This document shows, one piece after another, positions 47,501 through 56,480 of a stretch of 64,000 nt of DNA. The stretch's first letter is position 1, and every line of letters starts with the position of its first letter. The position numbers and the translations under genes were made by a program. The notes under the pieces are model-generated. The model had not been told where the DNA came from. It searched no databases and saw only the letters and a program-made list of their open reading frames with translations. The stretch lies in contig JBNGBT010000004.1 in NCBI GenBank assembly GCA_049903315.1, positions 128,001-192,000 of the forward strand, given 5' to 3'. This DNA comes from Candidatus Cloacimonadota bacterium. GTDB taxonomy: Bacteria; Cloacimonadota; Cloacimonadia; JGIOTU-2.

Positions 47501-48147
47501 TTGGGCTGCCTGATATGACAGGATTTGAGCTATTGAAAAAGTTAGAGGAATTGGAAATAGACATCCCGCCAATTATTGTCTATACAGGCAGAGAACTCAC
47601 AAAAGAAGAAGAGTATGAATTGCGTAACTATGCAGAATCAATAATAATAAAAGGAGTCAAATCACAAGAAAGATTGCTGGACGAAGCATCGTTGTTTCTC
47701 CATAGGATGGTTGAAAATATGCCGGAAAAAAAGAGAAAAATGATTGCAGATCTCCATGATACAGATGTAATTTTCAAAGATAAAAAAGTCCTGATCGTGG
47801 ATGATGATATGAGGAATGTTTTTGCCCTTTCTAAATTACTGAGTGATAAAGGAATTACACTGCTGAAAGCAGGAGACGGACTGCAAGCGTTAGATATATT
47901 GAAACATAATCAAGATGTTGGTCTTGTTCTCATGGACATCATGATGCCGGAAATGGACGGTTATGAAACAATAAAACGTATTCGAGCGCAGGAAAAATTC
48001 TATAAGCTTCCGATTATCGCACTCACCGCAAAAGCAATGAAAAAGGATTATGAAGATTGTATTGCAGTAGGTGCAAGTGACTATTTACCAAAGCCGGTAG
48101 ATATAAACAGACTCCTTTCTATGATGAGGGTCTGGTTATATAGATGA
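44506..48147 (+). CDS. Hybrid kinase: four-helix-bundle sensor-HAMP-GAF-coiled coil-HisKA-HATPase-3xREC (MAC2-like)
   Basis: Two TMs, HAMP, GEGLVGQ GAF, QQEEL/NEELEE coiled coil, ANMSHELRTPLN, GGTGLGL, three receiver domains. Confidence 0.93.
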   Translation: MKFVNNLSIKGKIISVVLLVVFLEILISVVGIYYLNHSENQLDYIVDIKSENIKLAARIHRNLVEINRAEKNLLLSNSLEEIDLYLSRITEAKSELESKLIQLKSQIEEQNIQYVENFETSYAEFIRKNEEVQDIISHELLKADITQLQSPEKFMNFSGDAVISAKNLSRESYHNAASAMENLVEKIDEELGGQQIIASKNATSELTIIIIIALASIVIGLVAGLWIARLISSNLNKVVHLANEIAEGKLDTKIEIESKDETGKLAEATEKMQISLLKSRNESEADDWLKTGIVRINDVIKGELDLPDMANKVITEISSYLDAQIGAFYLYEKNDKEEVLTLLSSYAYQKRKNLSNTFKIGEGLVGQAALEKAPILIKNVPEDYIKVVSGLGERIPQYICVIPFIFEGKVKGVIEIGTLNDFTDLQMEYLNQAMAAIAINVETARNRDELARALQKSQALTEELQSQQEELRTANEELEEQTQLLQQSEEKLKAQQEELEVTNEELEEKNESLQRQKRDIENARKEIEIKAEELAIASKYKSEFLANMSHELRTPLNSLLILSQILAENKNGNLDKSQVESASVIYKSGNDLLSLINEILDLSKIEAGRMDVHVEQINIKGLIENIKNNFHHMLDEKGLSLTTEVDSKVPESILSDNQRLMQIIKNIMSNAIKFTMKGGVTVKVNVPPNNVDLSRSGLKPDNCIAISIQDSGIGISSEEQKIIFEAFQQAEGGTSREFGGTGLGLSISRELANLLGGEIQLVSEKGKGSTFTLYIPVRLVETKIKIAPLLKIPEEPAIEVITDKKTPATVQHEIPDDRESLAKGEKSILIIEDDPNFAKLVLDQCHQKNFNGIVALTGEEGLELAVQYLPAAVILDLHLPGIDGWSVLDSLKNNPETRHIPVHIMSVEDSTLEAFRKGAIGYLTKPVKKEELDGAFQKLEGMLSKRIKDLLVVEDDQALRDSIIKLIGNGDVHCKATGSGKETLKELKANKFDCIILDLGLPDMTGFELLKKLEELEIDIPPIIVYTGRELTKEEEYELRNYAESIIIKGVKSQERLLDEASLFLHRMVENMPEKKRKMIADLHDTDVIFKDKKVLIVDDDMRNVFALSKLLSDKGITLLKAGDGLQALDILKHNQDVGLVLMDIMMPEMDGYETIKRIRAQEKFYKLPIIALTAKAMKKDYEDCIAVGASDYLPKPVDINRLLSMMRVWLYR

Positions 48148-48187
48148 GGAAAGCAGCAGACTGTAAACTGAATATGGAGTTAAAAAA

Positions 48188-49042
48188 GTGAAGAACAAAG
48201 ACATCGATAACCTGGAATTAACTCTTTTACTTGACGCCATGTATAAAAGATACGGATATGATTTTCGGGATTATTCAAGGGCTTCTGTAGAACGAAGAGC
48301 CAGACATTTCATAGCAAAAGAAGGTTACAAATCAATTTCCGAGATGATCCCGCTCCTGTTACATGATGAAACCTTTTTTCAAACTCTGGTTCGTGAATTT
48401 TCCATCACAGTAACCGAGATATTTCGCGATCCCCACGTGTATAAAGTGATCAAGGAAAAGGTTTTCCCGGTTCTGGAAACCTATCCCTTTATCAAGATAT
48501 GGCATGCTGGCTGCGCTACTGGTGAGGAAGTTTATTCGCTTGCTATACTTATGAAAGAGAATGGCTTATACGATAGGGCAACCATCTTTGCTACAGATTT
48601 TAATGACGAAGCATTAGAGAAAGCAAGGCAGGGGATTTACCATGTGGACAATATCAAGCAATGTACTCAAAATTACCAGAAAGGCGGAGGTTCCGAATCA
48701 TTCTCCCAATATTACCATGCTAAGTATGATTCAATAGCAATTGATAACTCGCTAAAAAAGAAAATAACATTTGCAAATCACAACCTGGTCACTGACCACT
48801 CATTTGGCGAGATGAACCTGATCCTTTGTAGAAATGTGTTGATATATTTTAACAAGGGGTTGCAGAATAGGGCTTTACAGCTCTTTGATGACAGTCTCAT
48901 GCCTGGCGGATTTCTCTGCCTTGGTAACAAGGAAAGCCTTCTTTTCTGGGACGAGAGAAAAAGATATGAAACCATATCAGACAGTGCAAAAATTTTCAGA
49001 AAAAAATATGTGCACACCCACAATAAAACCATAGGGCAATAG
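48188..49042 (+). CDS. cheR: CheR-type protein-glutamate O-methyltransferase
   Basis: YGYDFRDY, IWHAGCATGEEVYS, CRNVLIYF. Confidence 0.93.
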   Translation: MKNKDIDNLELTLLLDAMYKRYGYDFRDYSRASVERRARHFIAKEGYKSISEMIPLLLHDETFFQTLVREFSITVTEIFRDPHVYKVIKEKVFPVLETYPFIKIWHAGCATGEEVYSLAILMKENGLYDRATIFATDFNDEALEKARQGIYHVDNIKQCTQNYQKGGGSESFSQYYHAKYDSIAIDNSLKKKITFANHNLVTDHSFGEMNLILCRNVLIYFNKGLQNRALQLFDDSLMPGGFLCLGNKESLLFWDERKRYETISDSAKIFRKKYVHTHNKTIGQ

Positions 49043-49043
49043 C

Positions 49044-49625
49044 ATGAATAAAAAAGCATATAAAGCAATTGTAATAGGTGTTTCCGCCGGTGGTTTGAGA
49101 GCTATAATAGAATTATTTAAAAATCTGCCATCTGATTATCCCTTTCCCATTATCGTTACTCAACACCTTTATCCTACGGAAGATAGCTGCCTGGCGGAGC
49201 TTTTAAACAGGATAACAGCGCTCCATGTGAAGGAAGCGAGCGATAAAGAAGATGTCAAGGCAGGAAATATATACCTGGCGCCACCCAATTACCATTTGCT
49301 GGTTGAACGCAACGAAACATTTTCTCTATCGAATGATGAAAAGGTAAATCATTCCAGACCTTCAATCGATGTGATGTTTGAAAGCGCTGCATATGTCTGG
49401 GGTGATCTTCTTATCGGGATTATTCTGACCGGAGCAAATAGCGACGGTGCGAAAGGCATAAAAATCATTAAAGAATTTGGCGGATTAACAATAGCTCAAG
49501 ATCCGGAAAAAGCTGAACATCCTGCAATGCCATTATTTGCAATAAATACAGGTGCTATTGATAAGATATTAAATCTTAACGAGATCAACGCTTTCCTGAT
49601 CAACCTTGTAATGGATATATCATGA
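49044..49625 (+). CDS. cheB: CheB methylesterase, catalytic domain only
   Basis: GVSAGG (Ser), TQH (His), LTGANSDG (Asp), RPSIDV; no REC domain. Confidence 0.93.
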   Translation: MNKKAYKAIVIGVSAGGLRAIIELFKNLPSDYPFPIIVTQHLYPTEDSCLAELLNRITALHVKEASDKEDVKAGNIYLAPPNYHLLVERNETFSLSNDEKVNHSRPSIDVMFESAAYVWGDLLIGIILTGANSDGAKGIKIIKEFGGLTIAQDPEKAEHPAMPLFAINTGAIDKILNLNEINAFLINLVMDIS

Positions 49626-49650
49626 GAAAGCACCATTATGGAGGAATTGC

Positions 49651-51189
49651 ATGAATAAAAAACAAAAAATTCTGATTGTAGATGACAAAAAAGAAAACTT
49701 AATCGTTTTGGAAAAAGTGTTACAAGCACTCGATGTTGATATCGTTAAGGCAGAGAGCGGTAATGATGCACTCAAAGCAACACTCAACCACGATTTTGCA
49801 CTGGCAATTCTGGATGTGCAAATGCCGGAAATGGACGGGTATGAACTTGCAGAGTATTTACGGAATGAAGAAAAAACAAAACATCTCCCAATGATCTTTC
49901 TTTCTGCGGTTTATTCTGATGATTATCATGTGTTTAGGGGGTATGAAGCTGGTGCAGTTGATTTTGTGACCAAACCATACAATCCATACTACCTTGTCAG
50001 CAAGGTGAATATCTTCCTGCAGTTGGACAAACAAAAGCATGAACTCCTTGAAAAAATCGAGCTTGAGAAATCGAAAAACTATCTTGAAAGTATTTTAATG
50101 TCTGTTAATGACTCTATAATAGTATTGTCATTAGACGGGGTGATGAAAACCGTAAATAAAGCTGCGTTATCACTTTGGGGCTATAAAAACAAAGAGATGA
50201 TAGGTTCAAAGATACGAAAATTATTTGAAACTGATATTTATACTACGTGGCTCAATTCAATAAAAGATTATAATGTATCGCTGGGTAAATCAAACTTTTC
50301 CTTTAAAAAAGTAGAAGCGAACATTATCACGAAAGATAACAATAAAATACCTGCTCTTATCTCCGGTTCAGCTCTTTTAAATCGCAATGGGGATGTTCAG
50401 GGAGCAGTTCTTGTTGCAGTTGATATTTCTGAAAGAAAGATCGCTGAGATGAAAATCAAGCAAATGAATGAAGAACTGGAAGAACGGGTAAAGGAAAGAA
50501 CCCTACAACTTGAGATTTCAAATAAAGACCTGGAAGCGTTCTCATATTCGGTTTCCCATGATCTCAGAACACCCCTGCGAGCAATTTCCGGTTTTGCAAA
50601 TGCTTTGTATAAAAAATATTTTGATGTATGTGATGATGAGGGAAAAAGATTGATCAATGTCATTATCGATAGTGCAAGCAAAATGGGTTGCTTGATAGAT
50701 GACATACTCGCATTCTCTAGATTGGGCAGAAAAGAAGTTGTGAAGAATTTGATTGATCTGAATCCTCTATTTACAGAAGCATTTGACGAATTAACAAATC
50801 TTATAACTGACAGACAAATTGAATTCAAGCTTTCAAAACTTCCCTCGGTGAACGCAGATGCCTCATTAATCAAGCATGTAATAACCAATCTTCTCGCTAA
50901 TGCTGTCAAATTCACACAAACAAAGGAACATGCAGTCATTGAAGTCGGGTGCCAGAAGACTGAAGATAAAATTGTCTATTATGTGAAAGATAATGGCGTA
51001 GGATTTAATATGGAATATGCTGATAAGTTATATAATGTCTTTCAGCGCTTGCATACAGACAGAGAGTTCGAAGGTACTGGTGTAGGTTTGGCGATTGCGT
51101 ATAAAATTCTGCAAAGACATGGCGGAATTATTTGGGCAGAAGCCGAAGTAAATAATGGGGCAACGTTTTATTTTTCATTACCTCAATAA
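49651..51189 (+). CDS. REC-PAS-HisKA-HATPase hybrid kinase
   Basis: ILDVQMPEMDG; FSYSVSHDLRTPL; FQRLH...GTGVGL. Confidence 0.93.
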   Translation: MNKKQKILIVDDKKENLIVLEKVLQALDVDIVKAESGNDALKATLNHDFALAILDVQMPEMDGYELAEYLRNEEKTKHLPMIFLSAVYSDDYHVFRGYEAGAVDFVTKPYNPYYLVSKVNIFLQLDKQKHELLEKIELEKSKNYLESILMSVNDSIIVLSLDGVMKTVNKAALSLWGYKNKEMIGSKIRKLFETDIYTTWLNSIKDYNVSLGKSNFSFKKVEANIITKDNNKIPALISGSALLNRNGDVQGAVLVAVDISERKIAEMKIKQMNEELEERVKERTLQLEISNKDLEAFSYSVSHDLRTPLRAISGFANALYKKYFDVCDDEGKRLINVIIDSASKMGCLIDDILAFSRLGRKEVVKNLIDLNPLFTEAFDELTNLITDRQIEFKLSKLPSVNADASLIKHVITNLLANAVKFTQTKEHAVIEVGCQKTEDKIVYYVKDNGVGFNMEYADKLYNVFQRLHTDREFEGTGVGLAIAYKILQRHGGIIWAEAEVNNGATFYFSLPQ

Positions 51190-51201
51190 AGGAGTAAAAA
51201 C

Positions 51202-51642
51202 ATGAAAGAAGAGTGGTATGAAATTTTGCTGGTTGAAGACGATCCTAATGATGCTGAAATGACAATAAATGTTTTAACAGAAAATCATCTTGCCAATAAG
51301 ATACATTGGGCTGAAGATGGTGAACAGGCAATTGACTATATTTTTGGATTAGGAAAACATACAGGGCGAAATATTGAACATAAGCCCAAATTGATACTTC
51401 TTGACCTTAAGCTGCCCAAAATTGATGGTTTGGAGATTCTGAAAAGGATCAAATCGGACGGGATAATGAAAACGATACCGGTCGTGATACTCACGTCATC
51501 AAGAGAAGATAATGATATCTTGAAAAGTTATAGTCTCGGAGTAAACAGCTACATCGTGAAGCCGGTTGATTTTGACCAGTTTTCTAAAGTAGTGAACGGA
51601 TTGGGTTTGTATTGGCTGTTATTAAACCAGCCCCCGGAGTAA
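51202..51642 (+). CDS. Single-domain response regulator (Rcp1-like)
   Basis: Close paralogue of 25216-25653: LLDLKLP, GVNSYIVKPV, GLYW. Confidence 0.95.
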   Translation: MKEEWYEILLVEDDPNDAEMTINVLTENHLANKIHWAEDGEQAIDYIFGLGKHTGRNIEHKPKLILLDLKLPKIDGLEILKRIKSDGIMKTIPVVILTSSREDNDILKSYSLGVNSYIVKPVDFDQFSKVVNGLGLYWLLLNQPPE

Positions 51643-51695
51643 ACAATGAAAACAAATATAAACACAGCATCATCACAAGAAAGAAAGGAAGAGTT

Positions 51696-54600
51696 ATGAA
51701 ACGTAAGATCAAATTCTTAATCCTCGAAGATGTGCTCACCGACCTCGAATTAGTTCTTATGGAACTAGAAAAAGCACAATTAGAATTCACTTATCTTCAT
51801 GTAGAAACCGAAAAGGATTTTATAAAAGGATTACATGAATTTAAACCTGATCTTATTCTCTCGGATTATAGATTGCCCCAGTTCAATGGCATGCAAGCAC
51901 TCAAACTGAATAAAGAAATTTCACCTTTAATACCCTTTATTATCATAACTGGTTCGATCAACGAAGATACTGCAGTTGAATGCATGAAAGCAGGTGCAAC
52001 AGATTATGTCATAAAACAAAATCTCATTCGGCTTAATTCTGCTATTGAACAGGCTCTGGATAAGAAAGTGCTGCTCGAAGAAAAGACCAAAGCAGAAGAA
52101 GCATTGCGTGAAAAAAGCTATATTCTGAATGAACGTGTTAAAGAACTCAATTGTCTGTATAAAATTTCTCAACTTGTCGAAACACCCGGGATCTCGGATA
52201 AACATTTCTTTCAAGGTGTTGTCGATCTCATACCTCCCGCCTTTCAACATAGCAATATTACCGTTTGCAAGTTGATAATAAATGATAAGGAATTTTTAAC
52301 AAAGAATTTTACACAAACCGATTGGGCACTCCACCAAGATATAGTTATCAATAATGTAAAAGCTGGTGTGATTGACGTTTATCATATAAAAGCGATACCT
52401 GAAACAAAGGATCAGCAATTCTTGGATGAAGAGAAGAGTCTCCTTAATGCAGTCGCTGAACATCTCGGACGTGTTGCCGAACATAAAACAGCAGAAGATA
52501 GTATTTTTCATTTGAACAAAGTTTTGAGAGCAATTCGAGATGTAAATCAGCTTATTGTAAAAGAAAAGAACATGAGTGCCCTTATTAAAAAGTCATGTGA
52601 TATTCTCACCAAAACAAGGGGCTATGATCGTGCCTGCATAGTATTGTTTGATGAACATGATCAACCATACAAATCTTCCCTGGCAAAGAATACCCCAGAA
52701 TATGTTCTATTCGAAAAAGCAGTAAAAAAAGGAACCTGGGATGGGATGTGCAGAAAAGTTATGGATCAGGAAGGAATTGTAATACTTGATAATCCGGAAG
52801 AACAGTGCAAAGGTTGTCCGCTACAATCACTTGTCCCGAAATCTAAAGCCATGTCGATCAGGTTGGAATATGAAGGAAAGATATTCGGCTTTATTAGTGG
52901 CTGGATTCCGGAAAGAATACCGTTAAATGCTGATGAACAGGATTTATTCATCGAAGTTGCCGGTGATATAGGTTTCGCTCTTTATACTGCTGAACTCGAA
53001 AAGAAACGGAAAGAAGCCATCGATTCACTTGCTGCCAGTGAAGAAATGTTCCGATTGCTCGCAGCGAACTCGATCGACTGTATCTGGAAAATCAATAAAA
53101 AATTACAATTCACCTATCTCAGTCCTGCTTTGGAACGAATGACTGGATTTAAACCGGAAGAATGGGTTGGAACACATTTAAGCACTCATTTTACTAAGAA
53201 AGAATTTCTCAAAGTAAGCGCTCTGGCAGTTAATGCATTAAAGAATTATAAAAATTTTTCACATATTACTTTTGAGACCAAAATGCTCAATAAGAATAAA
53301 GAAGAAATAGACTTTGAAATAACCAGTAAACTAATCAAAGATAAAAAAGGAAAAATAATCGGACTACAGGGTACTACACGTGATATTTCAGACAGAAAAA
53401 AAAATGAACAAACTATCAAGCAAAACCGTGAGATGCTTGTACGAACGGAAGCAATCGCACATATTGGTAGCTGGGAATGGGAAATAGCCACCGATACGGT
53501 CATCTGGTCTGATGAGTTATTCCGAATTTTCGGTATAGAAATTGCAAAAACCGCTCCCAGCTGGAAAGAGCATTCTGCTCTCTATTATCCTGAGGATATG
53601 AAGAAATTGACCGCTGCTGTGGAAAAAGCTGTGACCAAAGGGAGTACCTACGAGATGGAACTCAAAGCTATCCGGAAAGACGGTGAGACCAGGATCTGCC
53701 TTGCACGCGGAATCGCAAGGAAAGGAAAAGGTGGGAAAATAACTCACCTCTTCGGGTCACTGCAGGATATTACAGAAAGCAAGGAGGCAGAAGAAAAAAT
53801 CACCAAAGCAAATCGGATATACTCAGTGATCAGTCAAATCAATCAAACGATTGTACACGAAAAAGATAAAAATTTACTCTTTAGAGAAGCCTGCCGCATT
53901 GCTGTCGAGTTTGGAAAATTTCAATTAGCCTGGATCGGCATAGTCGATGAATCTACAAAACTGGTGGTTCCTGTTCAATATGCGGGGAATGGGGCCGGAT
54001 ATTTCTCCACAATTCCCCAGATATCCGTCGAAGATATACCTGAAGGCAGAGGTCCTACCGGTACAGCCATTCGAGAAGGAAAACATGTTGCCTGCAATGA
54101 TATACCCAATGATCCCCGCATGACTCCATGGCGTGAAGAAGCTCTCAAGCGAGATTATCGTTCTGCCATTGCTCTTCCCATAAAACTCTACGATAAAGTG
54201 ATCGGCGCTTTTAATATATACTCTAACAATCCGCATTTCTTTGATGAAACTGAAATAGCTCTTCTGGATGAAATAACTCAGGATATATCATTTGCTATTT
54301 CTGCTATCGAGACGGAAAATAAACGTATTAAAGCTGAAGAAGCCCTGATCAAAAATGAAAAAAAATACAGAGATATTTATGAAAACATCCAGGATGTGTA
54401 TTATGAAACCGATCTTAAGGGAAATATACTGGAAGTGAGTCCCTCTATTAAAGCACTTTCCAGAGGACAATATACCAGAGAGGAAGTAATCGGCAAGAAT
54501 ATGAATGATTTCTATTCGAAACCTGAAGAAAGAACGGAGTTGATCCAGGAGTTATTAAAACATAAACGGGTATCGGATTATGAAATCACTCTGAAAAATA

Positions 54601-56237
54601 AAGATGATTCCCGGATAATATGCTCTCTTGCTTCAATACTTCAGTTTGGCAATGAAGGAAAACCTGAAAAAATCATAGGCTCTATGCATGATATTACAAA
54701 ACGAAAGCATACAGAAAAAGGGCTACACGAGAGTGAAGAACGTCTACTACTAACTTTACAAAGTGCAGATTTGGGATCATGGTACTGGGATATACCAACA
54801 GGTCATGTCGTTTTTAACGAGCGATGGGCAGAGATGCTGGGATACAAACTGAGTGAGATCGAACCCACTTTATCAACATGGGAAAAATTGGTGCATCCTG
54901 ATGATTTGCCGGGTATAATGAAGGGGCTTAATGATCACCTGAAAGGAAATACACCTTCCTACAAAGCAGAATTCAGAATGAAGACAAAGTCAAATGAATG
55001 GAAATGGATACTCGACAGTGGAAAAGTAATAGAAAGAGATAAGCAAGGAAAACCATTGCGAGCAGCAGGAACCCATTTAGATATCACAGAACGTAAGCTG
55101 GCTGAGAAAACGCAGAAAATTTTGTTTAACATATCCAAAGCCCTTAATGTTACTGAAAATTTGCAAATGTTGTATAAAGAGATACATGCATATTTAGGAG
55201 AGGTTCTTGATACTACGAACTTCTACATTGCGCTGTACGATAGAGAAAATGAGTTACTAACATTTGAATATTATGCAGATGAAAAATTTGATAAGGATTA
55301 CCTTCCATCCGGTCGAGCATTTGGTAAAGGTCTAACTGAATATGTTATCTCCACCGGTAACACTATACTCGCTACATTGGAAAAACAGGATGAACTGGCA
55401 CGAGAAGGCAAAATTGAGATTATTGGTCCCCGTTCTAAAGTCTGGCTTAGCGCTCCTCTCAAAGTGGAAAATGAGGTCATCGGAGCCCTTGCTGTACAAA
55501 GTTATGATGATACGGATCATTATAATGAGAAGGATATTCAGATTCTTGATTTTGTATCAAGTGAAGTTGCGATCGCGATAAAGCGTAAGCAGTCAGAGCA
55601 GCAAATACAAAGAGACTTGAAAGAAAAAACACTTTTATTGCAGGAGATCCATCATAGGACAAAGAATAATCTACAGACAATATGTAGTTTAATGCAGATG
55701 CAGGAGGACAATATCCTAACCAAAAAAGATGCGCTCCAGGGTTTTCAAGTAACCCAGGATAGAATAAGGGCAATGGCAAAATCGTATGAGATTTTATTGC
55801 GGTCGGAATATATGTCAGAAATAAAACTCGGTGAATATATTACAGAGCTTGCAGACCAGCTGGGAAGGAATTATGATATCCATAGGAAAATTAAGATCAT
55901 TTACTCTTTGGAAGATGTGCATTTTGACGCAGAGAAATTATCTAAACTCGGGCTGATCCTGAATGAGATAATTACAAATTCGATAAAATATGCTTTCAAA
56001 GGAAGAGATGGGGGGAATATACACATCATTTTAAAGGATGCAAAAAACCATATAACAATTGAAATATCAGATGACGGTATAGGTATTCCGAAAAATATAA
56101 AAATACCGAATCCAAAAACGCTTGGACTATCACTTGTGGATATGCTGATGAGTGAGTTAAATGGGTCCTACTCGGTAGGCAGAAAGAATGGCACGAGTTT
56201 TACACTGGAAATACCGAAAGAGAGAAAAAATCATTGA
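51696..56237 (+). CDS. REC-multi-GAF/PAS-HisKA_2-HATPase hybrid kinase
   Basis: LSDYRLP REC; several GAF and about four PAS domains; EIHHRTKNNLQ; ATG 51696 preceded by AAGGAAG. Confidence 0.92.
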   Translation: MKRKIKFLILEDVLTDLELVLMELEKAQLEFTYLHVETEKDFIKGLHEFKPDLILSDYRLPQFNGMQALKLNKEISPLIPFIIITGSINEDTAVECMKAGATDYVIKQNLIRLNSAIEQALDKKVLLEEKTKAEEALREKSYILNERVKELNCLYKISQLVETPGISDKHFFQGVVDLIPPAFQHSNITVCKLIINDKEFLTKNFTQTDWALHQDIVINNVKAGVIDVYHIKAIPETKDQQFLDEEKSLLNAVAEHLGRVAEHKTAEDSIFHLNKVLRAIRDVNQLIVKEKNMSALIKKSCDILTKTRGYDRACIVLFDEHDQPYKSSLAKNTPEYVLFEKAVKKGTWDGMCRKVMDQEGIVILDNPEEQCKGCPLQSLVPKSKAMSIRLEYEGKIFGFISGWIPERIPLNADEQDLFIEVAGDIGFALYTAELEKKRKEAIDSLAASEEMFRLLAANSIDCIWKINKKLQFTYLSPALERMTGFKPEEWVGTHLSTHFTKKEFLKVSALAVNALKNYKNFSHITFETKMLNKNKEEIDFEITSKLIKDKKGKIIGLQGTTRDISDRKKNEQTIKQNREMLVRTEAIAHIGSWEWEIATDTVIWSDELFRIFGIEIAKTAPSWKEHSALYYPEDMKKLTAAVEKAVTKGSTYEMELKAIRKDGETRICLARGIARKGKGGKITHLFGSLQDITESKEAEEKITKANRIYSVISQINQTIVHEKDKNLLFREACRIAVEFGKFQLAWIGIVDESTKLVVPVQYAGNGAGYFSTIPQISVEDIPEGRGPTGTAIREGKHVACNDIPNDPRMTPWREEALKRDYRSAIALPIKLYDKVIGAFNIYSNNPHFFDETEIALLDEITQDISFAISAIETENKRIKAEEALIKNEKKYRDIYENIQDVYYETDLKGNILEVSPSIKALSRGQYTREEVIGKNMNDFYSKPEERTELIQELLKHKRVSDYEITLKNKDDSRIICSLASILQFGNEGKPEKIIGSMHDITKRKHTEKGLHESEERLLLTLQSADLGSWYWDIPTGHVVFNERWAEMLGYKLSEIEPTLSTWEKLVHPDDLPGIMKGLNDHLKGNTPSYKAEFRMKTKSNEWKWILDSGKVIERDKQGKPLRAAGTHLDITERKLAEKTQKILFNISKALNVTENLQMLYKEIHAYLGEVLDTTNFYIALYDRENELLTFEYYADEKFDKDYLPSGRAFGKGLTEYVISTGNTILATLEKQDELAREGKIEIIGPRSKVWLSAPLKVENEVIGALAVQSYDDTDHYNEKDIQILDFVSSEVAIAIKRKQSEQQIQRDLKEKTLLLQEIHHRTKNNLQTICSLMQMQEDNILTKKDALQGFQVTQDRIRAMAKSYEILLRSEYMSEIKLGEYITELADQLGRNYDIHRKIKIIYSLEDVHFDAEKLSKLGLILNEIITNSIKYAFKGRDGGNIHIILKDAKNHITIEISDDGIGIPKNIKIPNPKTLGLSLVDMLMSELNGSYSVGRKNGTSFTLEIPKERKNH

Positions 56238-56247
56238 ATGTCATTCT

Positions 56248-56333
56248 GTCGTTCTTAACTCAACGCTTCGCTTTTAAGTCAAGTCCGACAAGACTTGAGT
56301 TAAGGGCACGAAGCGAACTTGACTTAAGGATTG
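56248..56333 (+). repeat. Composite hairpin repeat, copy 6 (right border of the signalling island)
   Basis: Units A and B; starts 11 nt after the kinase stop at 56237. Confidence 0.93.
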
Positions 56334-56480
56334 AGGAGAGTTTCAACATCACTTTTGTAAATATTTTAAAATTTTAAACCATATAATTTCCACATATTCT
56401 TGACATAAATTTTTAAAATGCACTCAATCCATACAATCATCATCGGCAATTTTGCTGAAATATTACATGAAGGAGTAACG

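Noticed and set aside
48188..49625. Chemotaxis (motility) operon
   Set aside because: No cheA, cheW, MCP or flagellar genes, and CheB lacks a receiver domain.
20257..56333. Composite repeat as a CRISPR array
   Set aside because: Copies are kilobases apart, internal spacers are conserved hairpins rather than unique sequences, and no cas genes are present.
20257..56333. Composite repeat as canonical integron attC sites
   Set aside because: TAAC...GTTA cores exist but do not cleanly fit RYYYAAC/GTTRRRY with L boxes, blocks are multi-gene and up to 12 kb, and no intI is in the window. Kept only as an analogy.
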